Shown: positions 42,164-56,624 of the stretch, in pieces
Layout of the letters: each line of letters starts with the position of its first letter
Position numbering within the stretch: the first letter of the stretch is position 1
Translations under genes and position numbers: made by a program
NCBI GenBank assembly: GCA_951406725.2
Contig: OX597831.1
Span: forward strand, 24,676,001-24,740,000
Length of the DNA stretch: 64,000 bases
Origin: Octopus vulgaris
Taxonomy: Eukaryota
Direction of reading: 5' to 3'
Notes under the pieces: generated by a model
Database searches by the model: none
Told to the model about the DNA's origin: nothing
What the model saw: only the letters and a program-made list of their open reading frames with translations

Positions 42164-42783
42164 AACTCCACCGGCATGCACAGACAGATGCACACATACA
42201 CACAGATGCATGCACACACACACACACACACGCATGCATACTTAGACAATCGCCACATTTTTATTCGTTAGTCGAAAGAATATTCATTTAAAGTCAAATA
42301 TTTAAACATTGCCATTTTGTATCAGTTTGAACATCAAGTCAAATAAATGCAATGATGGATGAGACAGGTTATATTCATCATCTTCAGAATGAGCTTCAAC
42401 AATAGGGGTTAACTCAGACACCGCACTGTCCCAGCCCTAGAATCATCAAACCACACCTTTATTTTATAACATTAGCTTATTTATTTGCATATTTTATCTG
42501 TTTGACTTGTCTATTTGCATATTTCCGAAGCTAGATTCAACAATTGCACTTGTGCAGAAATAGAGAAAGATGACTTCACAGACATTCTTATGCGTTTAAT
42601 TCACAAATGTCAGTAAATTTATCAGACTCCTAGAGACTAGAGGATACAAACATACATATATATATACACATACATATACATATATATACACATACATATA
42701 TATATACATACATATATATACATATATATATATACATATATATATACGAATACATATACATATATATATACATATATATATAC

Positions 42784-42846
<63 letters not shown>

Positions 42847-42939
42847 CATTTATTTATACACACATATTTATCCATACATAGGTACATACAAGCAGACAAA
42901 CACATATGCGGAGAGACAGTATGGAGAATAAAGGAGATG

Positions 42940-43650
<711 letters not shown>

Positions 43651-44039
43651 TTCTGCTTATCTATTTCTATGTTATCTATTGGGGTAAGAGGAGGGGGGGG
43701 GCAAAATTCAAAACAGAAAAATTAAGAAAGAAAGAAAGGAAGCCGGGGAATGAATGTAAATTGTCCATTTTGAAAACATATGGAGACAGTTTTAGAAATT
43801 CTTCCATGAAATTCTTCTGCTATTGAGGAGAAAGGAATAATATTGGTAAAATGATTAATACGAGTTGATTAATGGATATCTCTTCTTCTGTATCTTTTGA
43901 GAGTTGGAACTGATTTAGTTGACAGTGTTCTGGTTTGTTCACTACAAGGTTTGTGGTTTGCACACCATTAGCATCAATGTAGAGTAGGGCTGTAAGGCTT
44001 TACTTGGACATACATGCAAAGCATGGGAGAGAGTTTAGA

Positions 44040-44203
44040 AGTTGGAGTGGCTGTGTGGTAAGTAGTTTTGCTAACTAACCACATGGTTCCCGGTTCAGTC
44101 CCACAACGTGGCATCTTGGGCAAGTGTCTTCTGCTCTAGCCCCGGGCCGACCAATGCCTTGTGAGTGGATTTAGTAGATGGAAACTGAAAGAAGCCTGTC
44201 GTA

Positions 44204-44244
<41 letters not shown>

Positions 44245-44467
44245 ATGTGTGTGTTTGTGTGTCTGTGTTTGTCCCCCTAGCATTGCTTGACAACCGATGC
44301 TGGTGTGTTTACGTCCCCGTCACTTAGCGGTTCGGCCAAAGAGACCGATAGAATAAGTACTGAGCTTACAAAGAATAAGTCCTGGGGTCGATTTGTTCAA
44401 CTAAAGGTGGTGCTCCAGCATGGTCACAGTCAAATGGCTGAGACAAGTAAAAGAGTAAAAGAAGAGT
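44040..44467 (+). mobile_element. SINE family A, full length
   Basis: Family-A consensus with subfamily variants 'ccccgggccgaccaatgcc' and 'gtcacttagcgg'. Confidence 0.9.
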
Positions 44468-45367
44468 AGTAGTAGCAGTGGTGGTAGTAGTAGTAGTAGT
44501 AGTATCCAGTCATGTGTCATAACAGTGCATCCCTGCATCCGCGTTTGCTGGTGATTTTCTACTCCTGGTGGGTGACACCATTGCTCCAATCAGGTTACAA
44601 CACTCCAGCCCTTGGGTCTCTTTGTGTAGCTGCTGCTAGTGGGGGTTTTATGAGATCAGAGTGCAAATCCTTCCTCAACCTCTTTTAGTCACCTTTTACC
44701 AACACACAGAAGAAACGTTCTGTCTATTCTTTGGCATGCCGGTCCCCACACAATGCTGGTCCCCACACAATGCTGGTCCCCACACAAGAGACAACTAAAT
44801 ATAATCCTATGATGGGATCCAAATCATCATCAACCACTTTTGATCAACTGGTCAAGTGCATCTGTACTATTTTTATCCAGACTAATAAATATAATTAAAA
44901 AAATGAAAAGAAAAGAAAGTGAAACTAAAATGAATGAAAATATAATCTCTTAGAGAATTCATAAGACTGAGCGAGAGATTGCGATTATATTCAAGATGGA
45001 GTAAAAGATATTGCACTTTGTGAAATATGGAAAGAAGAAAATATTCAAAGTAGTACGAGATTAATTCAGCTCACTTCTTCATTTGACATCAACCAGCAAA
45101 TTATTTGCTGGAATTATAAAAGAATATGTATGAGTTAGGGAAAGATTTCAATAAAGATCTTGTTATACAAGAGGAAGATTTGATTCAGTCTTCGAATGAG
45201 AAGAAACACAATAATTGCATGCAGTAAAGAATCTTCCAGTTGGTTGGCATGGCTGACATTTCTTATTTGTAATGTCTTCTTTTCATTTTAGCAGACAAAA
45301 TCATATATGAATGCTCATGTATATATATAGATATCTGTGCATGTGTATAATATATATATATATGTAC

Positions 45368-45432
<65 letters not shown>

Positions 45433-45443
45433 CCTATATATCG

Positions 45444-45517
<74 letters not shown>

Positions 45518-46277
45518 ATAAACGTATATGCTTATATACATTTATGTTTATATATATGTATATATACATATATGTATATATACGTATATGTATATATATA
45601 TATGTACATATATGTATATATGTATGCGTGTATATACATATATGTATATGTGTATATATATGTATATATACATATATGTATATATACATATATGTGTATT
45701 TATATGTATATATATATTTGTATATGTATATATATATGTGTAAATATATGTGTGTGTGTATATATTATATATATATACATACACTTATGTATATATGTAT
45801 GTGTGTGTGTGTGTGTGTGCGTGCTTGCATGTGTGTATACATATGTGTATTTGTGTGTGTGCACAGTAGTAGCAACTTTTTGACATCCACTTTTCCAGAC
45901 TTGTATGGGTCAGATGAGACTACTGATTATATCGGAGCAGACATATTTTGTTGCCAGCGGCCCTTTCTAACACCTACTCTCCTTTGCTTTGAAGCAAGTA
46001 AATAATTCCATAATCCATCAGACACCAAATAGCCCACACATAACTACACAAAGAACTGGAAAGAAAGAACATGGTTTGTATGATCAGCAAGGTCTTTTGC
46101 TTCAAATCAGGAATCAACAAATGTGAAGATGTGGGGAAAAATATGTACTCACATAAACACATACACATTGTCTTCAGTATCCATTTACCAGTTTCATATT
46201 CATCTATGTATGTATATAAAGTTTATATGTGTGTGTATATATATAGATTAATATGTGTTGTGTGTATATCTCTCTAC

Positions 46278-46329
<52 letters not shown>

Positions 46330-46349
46330 ATATATATATATATATATAT

Positions 46350-46754
46350 ACTCTTTACTCTTTTACTTGTTTCAGTCATTTGACTGCGGCCATGCTGGAG
46401 CACCGCCTTTAGTCGTGCAAATCGACCCCGGGACTTATTCTTTGTAAGCCCAGTACTTATTCTATCGGTCTCTTTTTGCCGAACCGCTAAGTGACGGGGA
46501 CATAAACACACCAGCGTCAGTTGTCAAGTGAAGTTGGGGGGACAAACACAGACACACAAACACACACACACATATATATATATATACATATATACGACAG
46601 GTTTCATTCAGTTTCCGTCTACCAAATCCACTCACAAGGCATTGGTCGGCCCGGGGCTATAGCAGAAGACACTTGCCCAAGATGCCATGCAGTGGGACTG
46701 AACCCGGAACCATGTGGTTGGTTAGCAAGCTACTTACCACACAGCCACTCCTGT
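46350..46754 (-). mobile_element. SINE family A, full length (same subfamily as 44040)
   Basis: Family-A consensus with the same diagnostic variants. Confidence 0.9.
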
Positions 46755-47608
46755 ATATATATATATACACACACAAACATACACACATACAGCACTACAC
46801 AGAAACAAATGTAATTAGTAATTAAAGCCTGTTTATTCCATCTTCTTGTTGAATAAGTTTTTATACACACATGCACTCACCATACACTCACACACACACT
46901 TGTGTGAGGGTTGGACATACAGACATATGTGTGTATATATGTATGTGTGTACATATGAAGATAAATATGTGTGTAGATATATATATATATATATATATAC
47001 ATACATTCACACATACATGCACATATAAACATACATCTATATTTACGTATGTTTGTATATATGTATGTATGAAACACACAAACTCTAGCCTACTTTTCTC
47101 ACTTATCAGGGAACCAATGAGTAAGTCATGTTCAGTACGTGACTGGAACCTTTTTATTGTCAATATTTCGAATGTCAACATCACATGTCAACATTTAGAC
47201 GGACAAAATTCAACATTGGCCTCTTTAGAATCTGCGTCCAGAATGCAAAGTGCCAAAACAAGACAACTATCTAACAATTCTGCTAATAAAATCAATTTTT
47301 AATATTCCTGTCATTTTATACTAAGATGCTGACAATGGTGATAAATATTTAGGTTATTTCTATGAATTCTGCATCTACAGGAATTACTCCAGCTGGCCAT
47401 AATTTTAATAGCTAAATCAAAGTAAAGGACTATATTTATTATCTTCTTCTACAAACACTAATTTGATATAAAACAGTGTTCCTGCGTAACATGAGTGTTT
47501 GCTTTAATTATTCTAAGCTTAAATAGACCATGTAAACATATTTGGCTTATGAAAGTATGTGTAGAATATGTGTGTGTGTGTGTGTGCATATATACCTGTG
47601 TGTGGTTG

Positions 47609-47645
<37 letters not shown>

Positions 47646-47937
47646 CTTCGTGTATGTGTAAATGTGTATGTATATCTATATATATATATTTTTTTTTTTC
47701 TAGTTTCAGCTCAGAGCTGCGGCCATGCTGATGCACCGCCGTTGTATATGTATACATATAAATGCATATATATATGTTTAATATGTATATATGTATTAAT
47801 CTACATATATATATATATATATGCATGTATTTATATATTTGTAAATATATAAAAGTATTTATATATATCTATATATATATATATATACATATGTACATGC
47901 ATTTATATGTGTGTGTATAAATACATATATGTATATA

Positions 47938-47972
<35 letters not shown>

Positions 47973-48011
47973 GTGTGTGTATATATATATAAATATATAT
48001 GTATGTATATG

Positions 48012-48059
<48 letters not shown>

Positions 48060-48236
48060 TGTATATAAATGTATTTATGCACACGTATATATGTATGCAT
48101 GTATATTAGTATACATTTGCATATTTGTGTGTGTGTGTATCTATGGTGTAAAAAAACTTTTTAAATAAAAAGTTTAGGATGTGAAAAAAGCTCCACTCTC
48201 CGTTTAATTTTCAATTACTCACACACACCCACACGC

Positions 48237-48274
<38 letters not shown>

Positions 48275-49019
48275 CATGAAAGGTTCTAGTATCCGGCTGA
48301 TAGCAAATTCAGTCTATGTAGCAAACACTACAATGGAAGAATTTTCATGTTTTACTGGTTTTGCTGTGTAGGAATCCAAATTCTCTGCAAATATTGAGCT
48401 AATTGGAATGAAATTAAGGACATAGCTGAAACTGGCTAAATCTTGTCAAAACTGCCACCCCTACTATTCATTAATCAGTTGATAAATACATCTGAGATTA
48501 GACAGCTTTATTAACTATATGATTTCCATTACAGAAAAGCAATCATAAATTTCATTGAGCTTCCGTAATCCAATATAAATTTGATGGCAGTGGCGTTGGT
48601 AGCTGGAAATGTATCGATCATATGTTCATTGAATTTACATGATTGATATTTAATATAACTAAATGTTAGTGTTGTGTAGTGTTAGATCATTCCTGGTTGA
48701 GTAGAGCCACGATGAAAGTAATCCAAATGTGACCATCCTGTCACTTCTTTCCCCCCAAGCATTATGCCCCTTGCCTGCATTATTCGCTACCTTCTTAGTT
48801 TTCTTAGCTGATTTGAGATGATTTGAGGGTGATTATCTCTCAAGTCAAGTGGACTTGTGCAGCTTCTCTCATTAACTTATATTACTAATGAAGGACTTAT
48901 CGTATGCCTGAGAGGAGATTACTCTGAGTATATCTAATCTTTTTCTCAGACTGTTAATCCTTCTATTTTTAATTACAAGTGGGTAATTGTTTAAAATTGT
49001 AATTGAAAGTAATACAGCC

Positions 49020-49423
49020 ACAGGCAGCGTGGTTGCGTGGTAATAAGTTTGCTTTCCCAACCACATGGTTCAGGTTTCAGTCTCCCTGTGTGACATCTTG
49101 AGCTAGTGTCATTGGCAGTAGCCTTAGGCCAATCGTAGCCTTATGAGTGGATTTGGTAGATGGAAACTGAAAAATGTCCATCATATATGTGTGTGTGTGT
49201 TTGTCTTTGTGCCCGTGTTTGTCCCCTACCATTGCTTGACAATTGGTCTTGGTGTGTGTTTAAATCCCTGTAACTTAGCAGTTTGACAAAAAGAGACTGA
49301 TAGAACAAGTACCAGGTTTAATAAAACAAAAAGTACTGAGATCAATACATCAACTAAAAATTCTTTAAAGCACTACCCCAGCATGGCCACAGTCTCATGA
49401 CTGAAATAAGTAATAGATAAAAG
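49020..49423 (+). mobile_element. SINE family A, old diverged copy
   Basis: Family-A consensus with many substitutions. Confidence 0.8.
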
Positions 49424-49873
49424 ACTGAAGGTTTGTAATTTTAATTCTGATCAAGGAGACCTCTGATTAGAGGCATTCCAGGCATGACCATCCTGCCATT
49501 TTTTATAGGTGTATAGGATCATAATATTTCATGTATCTTTTATTTAAAACAGAAGAATGCATTTTGAAAGATGTTTAGCTGCTATTTCTAGCAAGTCAAG
49601 AAATCTCTATGCATCTCCTTTGTTGGCCCTGTATGTTAGTGGTATAAAGTGAAGGTAATTTAGTACATTGTGGTTAGGATGTTGGGCTCATGATTATAAG
49701 ATTGTGACTTCAATTCCTGGGCTAGATAACACAGTGTGTTCTTGAGCAAGACACTTCATTTAACATTGTTTCAAACCTCTCTGCTAGCAAAGATGGATAA
49801 TACTGCAATGGACTGGTATCCCATCCAGTGTGTGTGTGTGTATGCATACATACATACATACATATATACAAAA

Positions 49874-49908
<35 letters not shown>

Positions 49909-50663
49909 CAGGCTGTCCTGGGTTTCAATTTTTAATAACGTCCTTAACTTTACAAATAAATGTATGAAATTTTGATTCAATATAAAAGATATAATGGAAA
50001 TTAAGAGGCATAAATCAAATTTTGCAACACCACTACATCACATATGAAAAATGGCATTGCTTAAATGGTAGCCATTTTCCACTTTGTTTTCCCTTGCTCT
50101 TTCCAAAACTTGCAGCCTCAAGAGTTTCAGACCCCACATCTCTGATTTCTCCATTAATGTTCTTCAGTTACACCAGGGTCTCTGGTTTGTTGAAATAAGC
50201 CCTCTCTTTCAGATATCCCCGCAAGAAAAAATCAGGCTAGTCAGGTCTGTGGAACATTGCAGTAGCAGGAAATTATTCTCTTTCCAGAGCACTGCTGTAG
50301 CAACTGCATTGCTTCTCTTGCAGTATGAGCAGTTGCCCCATCTTACTGGAACCATGTGAGCGGTCTGCTTTGAATGGCTAGGGACACGAAGGTCTCAGTC
50401 ATGGATACTTGAAAGAGAGGGTTTACATCAACAAACCGGAGACTCTGGTGCAACTGAAGGAGAACATCAATAGAGAAATCAGAGAAGTGGGGTTTGAAAC
50501 TCTTGAGGATGTTATGGTGTAAGTTTTGGAAAGAGGACGGTCATGCAAAGCATATTAATTTCCATAATGTCCTTCATATTGTATCAAAATTTCGTGCATT
50601 TATTTGTAAAGTTAAGGAAGTTTTTAAAAATTGAAACCCATTCAGTGACTTTAGGAACACTCT
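49909..50663. mobile_element. Tc1/mariner-superfamily remnant made of two inverted 3' halves
   Basis: Minus strand (~50360 to 50040) reads WFQ*DGATAHTAREAMQLL...DFFLRGYLKERAYFNKPETL. Plus strand (~50400-50545) reads GYLKERVYINKPETLVQLKENINREIRE. The outer ~85 bp are inverted repeats, in TA context. Confidence 0.85.
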
Positions 50664-50671
50664 ATATATAC

Positions 50672-50732
<61 letters not shown>

Positions 50733-50805
50733 TAAAGGAATTTTTTGTGTAATGAGATAAAAAAACCAAGGCTGTATAGATATTAGAGCATTTATAGATA
50801 GAAGT

Positions 50806-50855
50806 TCTTACAGCTGTTTCTAGGATATTAATTAATAATATCCCTTCATTAGAGA
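50806..50855 (-). ncRNA. Degenerate minimal hammerhead ribozyme-like motif (Penelope-type)
   Basis: Minus strand: tct-CTAATGA-a-gggatatta ttaat taatatcct-a-GAAA-cagctg-TA-aga. It has stems I and II and a palindromic loop III; the core carries G5>A. Confidence 0.55.
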
Positions 50856-51399
50856 CGGTGTGAGAGGAAAAATTAAGCCGTTACAGAAGCTAGAAAACTA
50901 GGCCATTGGGCTTGAGAAAGAAGCTAAACTTTTTACAAAGGTTCTTGAAAGTGACAAGTACCAGGACCCCTTTCAACACCCCACTGCATTCCAACCATTA
51001 TCAACCAGAAAACAAAATTGAAGTTTATAATTCTTCTCCCTTTGCCATGATGGTGTACAAATTTAAGGAGTTTTAAAACCATCCGGAATATTACTAGACA
51101 AGGTAATTTCTCCATGTCCCCACCAGGGGAGGGGTGGAGTATTTTTGAATTCTCGCAGTTTCCTCCTGCAAAGGGACAAACCCTGCTCCCTTTCCTCTTG
51201 TCAGGAGGAACACTGGTTTATTGGACCTTTCCTGTATGGCAGCAGCAAAATCAGCTCTCCTTCACTTAACACCTCTTCTGACTTTAAAACTGTCTCTGCC
51301 TTTTGCAAGAGTGTGGACTTTAGACATCAAGTGTCATAGTAAAAGATGCGGATGACTTGAATAAGAAAGTCATTTTTTTTTTTGTCCTTGTCATCACAC

Positions 51400-51608
51400 C
51401 TGTCATCATCACACCTGTTATCATCACTATCATTTTACTAACTGTAGATCATCGACAGCTCCATTGCCACTATTTCAGTCGCCATTTTAATCTTGACCGT
51501 CATCACCCTTGACATCACACTCATCTCCACCACTGCTACCATCATCATCATCTCCTTTGTCGCCACCACCACCACCACTTTTGTTGTTATTGTTGTAACC
51601 ATCCCCAG

Positions 51609-51650
<42 letters not shown>

Positions 51651-51791
51651 GATTGTCATCATTGCAAAACTTCAGTGACTGTCGGGCTTCCTTTATTGCA
51701 ATCTCTGTCACCATTGCAAGCACACAGCACTACCACCACCACCACAATTACCTACCATCGTTACAACTGCAATTATCATCACTACCACCAT

Positions 51792-51831
<40 letters not shown>

Positions 51832-52350
51832 TTTGCCTTTGTCATTGCCATGACCACCTGACCACCACTATCACAAACATCCACCACCACTGCTACCATC
51901 GTGGAACAATGACTGCAATCTTTGCAACCGCCATCATCATCATCATCATCATCATCATTGCCACTGTCATTGCCACACAATCATCATCATCATCATCATC
52001 ATCAATACAATCACCTAGTATCACCATTATGGCCACCACCACCAACACCACCAACATCACCACCACCACCACCAAATAATGACTGCCATCATTACAGCCA
52101 TCATCACCATCACCATCACCATCACCAGTGTCACTGTAATGACCAGAACCCCCCTTAACCTCGACCACAACTACTACCACCACCACCATAATCGCCACCA
52201 CCACCACCACCACCAAAGAATGACTGCCATCATTATAGCCATCATCATCATCATCATCACCATCACCAGTGTCACTGTAATGACCAGAACCCCCCTTAAC
52301 CTCGACCACTACTACTACCACCACCATAATCGCCACCACCACCACCACAC
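51400..52350. repeat. CAT/CAC/CAG trinucleotide low-complexity tract with a ~140-bp tandem duplication at ~52078-52350
   Basis: Direct inspection; 'gtgtcactgtaatgaccagaacccccttaacctcgaccac' occurs twice. Confidence 0.9.
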
Positions 52351-52724
52351 TCGTCATTTAAATAAATCAATGTCTAATGATAGGTAGTTATAAATAAATA
52401 CATTAACCTCTCAATTGAAATGTCAAGCGTTAACAAAGGTAATATACTGTTCATTGAATGAACTAACACAATAAATTATAAAACCTGCCACTTCCCTCCT
52501 TACACTCCGCTTCTGTCTCCTACCTAACTGTCTCCATACCACCTCATCTTCCCTTTGTCTCTCCTTGCAGCCTAACTCTCCCCTTTTATTTTCTCTTTTC
52601 TTCTTCATACATTTATTGAGATTCTGCTCCCCCCATCTCTCTCTCCCTCTCTTTCTCTTTCTCCCCCTCTCTGTATATGTATATGTATGTATATATGTAT
52701 GTATAGAGTACCCCTTCTATCTCT

Positions 52725-53040
52725 ATCTTTCCCTTTTCTCTTTTGCTCTCTCTCTCTCCCTTTTCTCTTTTGCTCTCTCTCTCTCCCTTTTCTCTTTTGC
52801 TTTCTCTCTCCCTTTTCTCTTTTACTCTCTCTCTCCCTTTTCTCTTTTTCTCTCTCTCTCTCCCTTTTCTCTTTTACTCTTTCCCTCCCTTTTCTCTTTT
52901 GCTCTCTCTCCCTTTTCTCTTTTGCTCTCTGTCTCTCCCTTTTCTCCTTTGCTCTCTCTCCCGTGCTCTCTCTCTCTCTTTTCTCTCTTGCTCTCTCTCT
53001 CTCTCTCTTGCTCTTTCACTTACTCTTTTTCTCTCCTTCT
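52725..53040. repeat. Pyrimidine-rich minisatellite ((CT)n CCCTTTTCTCTTTTG units)
   Basis: About 10 copies of a 22-26 bp unit. Confidence 0.9.
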
Positions 53041-53051
53041 CTGCATGCATG

Positions 53052-53106
<55 letters not shown>

Positions 53107-54070
53107 GTTTGTCTGTGTGTCTATGTATAAAGTAAGGTATCCCTTTCTCTCCCTCCATACAGTTGATGTAATATGTTGCAGTGTTATATTCTTGCTCATT
53201 CACACAATTCCATTTCTCAGTCTCAGCTCCCAGTTTCTCCCATTAATTCACATTCACAGCCCAATCTCTCTTAAATTTCCTTTACAAGGCTTCTCGTGTA
53301 TATCGGCCATTCATCTATAGGTCTCTGCCCATTTTTTTTACTACACGTGTTCTCATTTTACACTCCCACCTCCTTAATCATTTTGTTGCTTTTTTCTCCT
53401 ATCCTAATACCTCTCTACTTCTGCCTGTCCTCCAATCTGTCTACCTGTCTGTCCTTATGTCTGTCAGCCTGTTTTTATCTATGTATCTATCTACATACAT
53501 ATCTATCTCTCTACCTACATATCTATCTATCCATCTACTTACATATTCATTCATCCATCCATCCATCTATCTACACATCGATCTCTCTTTCTATCTGTCT
53601 GCCTAATAAATATAGTCCTAGATATAAGTGAAATACTTACTCATACCCATGGAAAAAGCAAACACCAAGTCCTGAGCAGACCTAAATACCCCAAATATAT
53701 CCAAAATAGAAAATCTTCGGCACGTCTCGAGACACGTGTGATTCGAACTAGAAACTTTCACAGAGTGATAGAATCCGGAAAATATATATATATATATTTT
53801 CTCTCTAGTTTCAGCTCAGAGCTGCGGCTATGCTGATGCACTGCCGTTAGGTGCAGCCATGCTCATGCACCACCGTTTAGGAAAGTGAGGAACAGCTTTA
53901 ATCAACTTTCAACTTCTAATGGGATCTCATCAGGGATGCCTACATCACTTGACCAATATATATATATATAAAATAATAAAGGTGAAAAATTGAATATTAA
54001 TTTGATTGATATCAATTTAAAACCAGTGGTCTAGCAAACTGAAAAAGCTGAAGATTCAGAAAAATTATAT

Positions 54071-54300
54071 TACATACATATAAGAGGGATGACCACTGAG
54101 TGGGCATCCCTTATGCTAGAAGTCGACCCCGCTATGGTCTTACCACCAAGAAAGGAATGTTCTTAAGAAAATTTAGCAAAATTTAGCTAAGTTTGCTAAA
54201 TTTTCTTGAGAACATTCCTTTCTTAGTGATAAGACCATAGAGGATCGACTTCTAGCATAATGGATGTTCACTTAGTGGTCATCCCTCTTATATGTATGTA
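54071..54300. repeat. Long imperfect palindrome, arms ~110 bp, ~11-nt loop
   Basis: 'tacatacatataagagggatgaccact...aagaaaggaatgttcttaagaaaatttagcaaa' pairs with 'tttgctaaattttcttgagaacattcctttctt...agtggtcatccctcttatatgtatgta'. Confidence 0.9.
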
Positions 54301-54308
54301 TATATATA

Positions 54309-54395
<87 letters not shown>

Positions 54396-54906
54396 TATAC
54401 ACATTATGTAAACGTGTATACATGTATAATATATACTTATGATACATATTTTATGTTGCAGATATATATCTTATATGTATACATTAAGTAGATGAACTGG
54501 AAACTATACATTTATTATGCAGTTGAGAAAACAATCATAGCTGGGTAGCTTATAATTGATAGATGATACAAGCATGATATATGAGTTGGATATCTTAAAG
54601 ATCTTAATATTCAATGAGATTGAAAATGTGCTCGGTTCAGCATTGTAAGCAGCTGCAAAGTATTAAGTGTCAGATGAGCAGAAAATGTGTTGGCAAGTTC
54701 TGCTGCCAAATTTTTTCTGCCCTGAACCACGTTTGCAGTAAGTGTGGTTAATTACTCATTAAATTGTTCTGGCACAAAGGTGAAATGAGATCTAAGATTC
54801 AAAGCAGTTTCTTAATATGTTTACAAATCTTCATTTAATCTGTGTTCTATGTACAGCTATGACGGTAAATATCCCGTGAAGAAATTTTTAAAAGAATAAT
54901 ATATGA

Positions 54907-55388
54907 GCAGGCATGGCTGTCTGGTAAGAGCTTTGCTTCTCAATCACATGGTCCCAGGTTCGGTCTCACCTTGGGCAAGTGTATTATACTATAATAGGCT
55001 TGGGTTGGGACTGAATTTGGTGGACATAAACTGAAAGAAGCCTGTCATATTTTTGTGTGTGTGTGTGTTTGTCCCCACTACCATTTGATAGCTAGTGTTG
55101 GTGTGTTTACATCACTGTAACCTAGCAGTTCAGCAAAGGAGACAGATAAAATAAGAGCCAGACTTTAAAAAAAACAAGATAATTGCTGGTGTTAATTCAT
55201 TCAACTAAAAGTTCTTCGAGACGATTCCCCAGCATGGCCTCAGTGTCGACAGGTATTTATTTTATCAACCCCAAAAGTATTAAAGGCAAAGTCAACCCCA
55301 GCAGAATTTGAGCTCAGAACGCAAAGACCAACAAAATGATGCCAAGCCATTTGCTCATCATGCTAACAGCTCAGCCAACTTGCCACCC
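54907..55388. mobile_element. Diverged SINE-A (+) joined tail-to-tail to a SINE-B fragment (-)
   Basis: Family A runs to ~55243; a family-B reverse complement follows at 55245-55388. Confidence 0.7.
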
Positions 55389-56624
55389 TGAGGTGGGGAG
55401 GCAATCAGGAAAAGATGGAAATTTGTATTGGTACAGTTATAATGAGTAGAGAAGAATATGACTATGTTTAGCATGAGCCTTTATCACAGAGATATAGGTT
55501 TTTCATAGAAGAATGTTGTGAGGTAAATATTATGAAATAGTGCGTTTATTGTTTAGGCCCTGCTCAGCTCTGCTTGAGCAGACTTATGGTCAATTTCATT
55601 CCAACTGTGACCATTCCAACAATTTTTATTTTCTTTATAATCTTAATTTACTTCAGATTACATTATCCAGTATCATCTGCCAAAAGATGATTAGGCATTA
55701 TTTGAAGGAGGTTTTGGTTGCTTTTGGAGGGCTTAGATTTTTAGATCTTTATTGGTGTCCTTATCATCACATGGGAGTATTTTAATTGCAAAGTGTGGTA
55801 GAGTGCAACACAGTTCATTTTGCAGCTTTGTAGTTTGAACCCTTGACCATTTGAAGTCAGAGCACAGAAATAAAGAACAAATACCATGAAACACTCCATC
55901 TGATGATCTAATGATTTCGTCATCTTGTTACCAGAATTATTAATAATCTGTTAATTGAAGGGAGGCACAGTAGTTGTGAAGGGATACTACTAATCACCTG
56001 AAAGCAACAAGCTTTCAGAACTGTTAGTATGCTGGGCAGAGTGCTTGGTGGCTTTTCACCCATGTTCACATTTTGAGTTCCCGTTCCAGTGAAATCGACT
56101 TTGCCTTTGGCCCTTTTGGGGTCGGTGGACTAAATGCCAATCGTGTACTGGAATCAGTGCAATTGACCCCGCCCTTGAAATTGCTGGCCTTGTGCCATAA
56201 TTCGAAATCGATATCACTTATCACTTCGCCTGGCTGTCTGTCAGTTATGATGATAAGTATTCCAGTTGACTCAATCAGTTGTACAGCTTATTCATGAAAT
56301 AGATGTGCAGGTGGCTGAGTACACCATGGACATACCTACCCTTTGAATTTTAAATTGCAGGTGCAACTTGATTTGCCACTTGGGTGGACTGAAGTAATAA
56401 GTAGTGGAGTGACTAGCTCTAAGATACAACAGGCCATCAGGAACTGAACTCACCAACTTACAATTGCAAGCTGGGTGCCCTGACTATTAGGCCACATGCC
56501 TTTTCTACTAATCAAGCAAAGCACATAACTCTACTTGCCTCGGACTCCATAACTGACCCATTCACTTGCTCTCACAAGCCTCCTCAGATGATAATGTATA
56601 TGAAATATTAAGTTGTAATATATT

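Noticed and set aside
44960-45225. Coding-looking purine-rich stretch (also 59030-59255 on the minus strand and ORF 11477-11671)
   Set aside because: In-frame stops or frameshifts, or no recognisable domain or splice sites; probably decayed TE sequence.
51438-52387. Poly-His/Gln/Asp/Thr ORFs
   Set aside because: Trinucleotide low-complexity DNA is open in several frames on both strands, with no domain or splice support.
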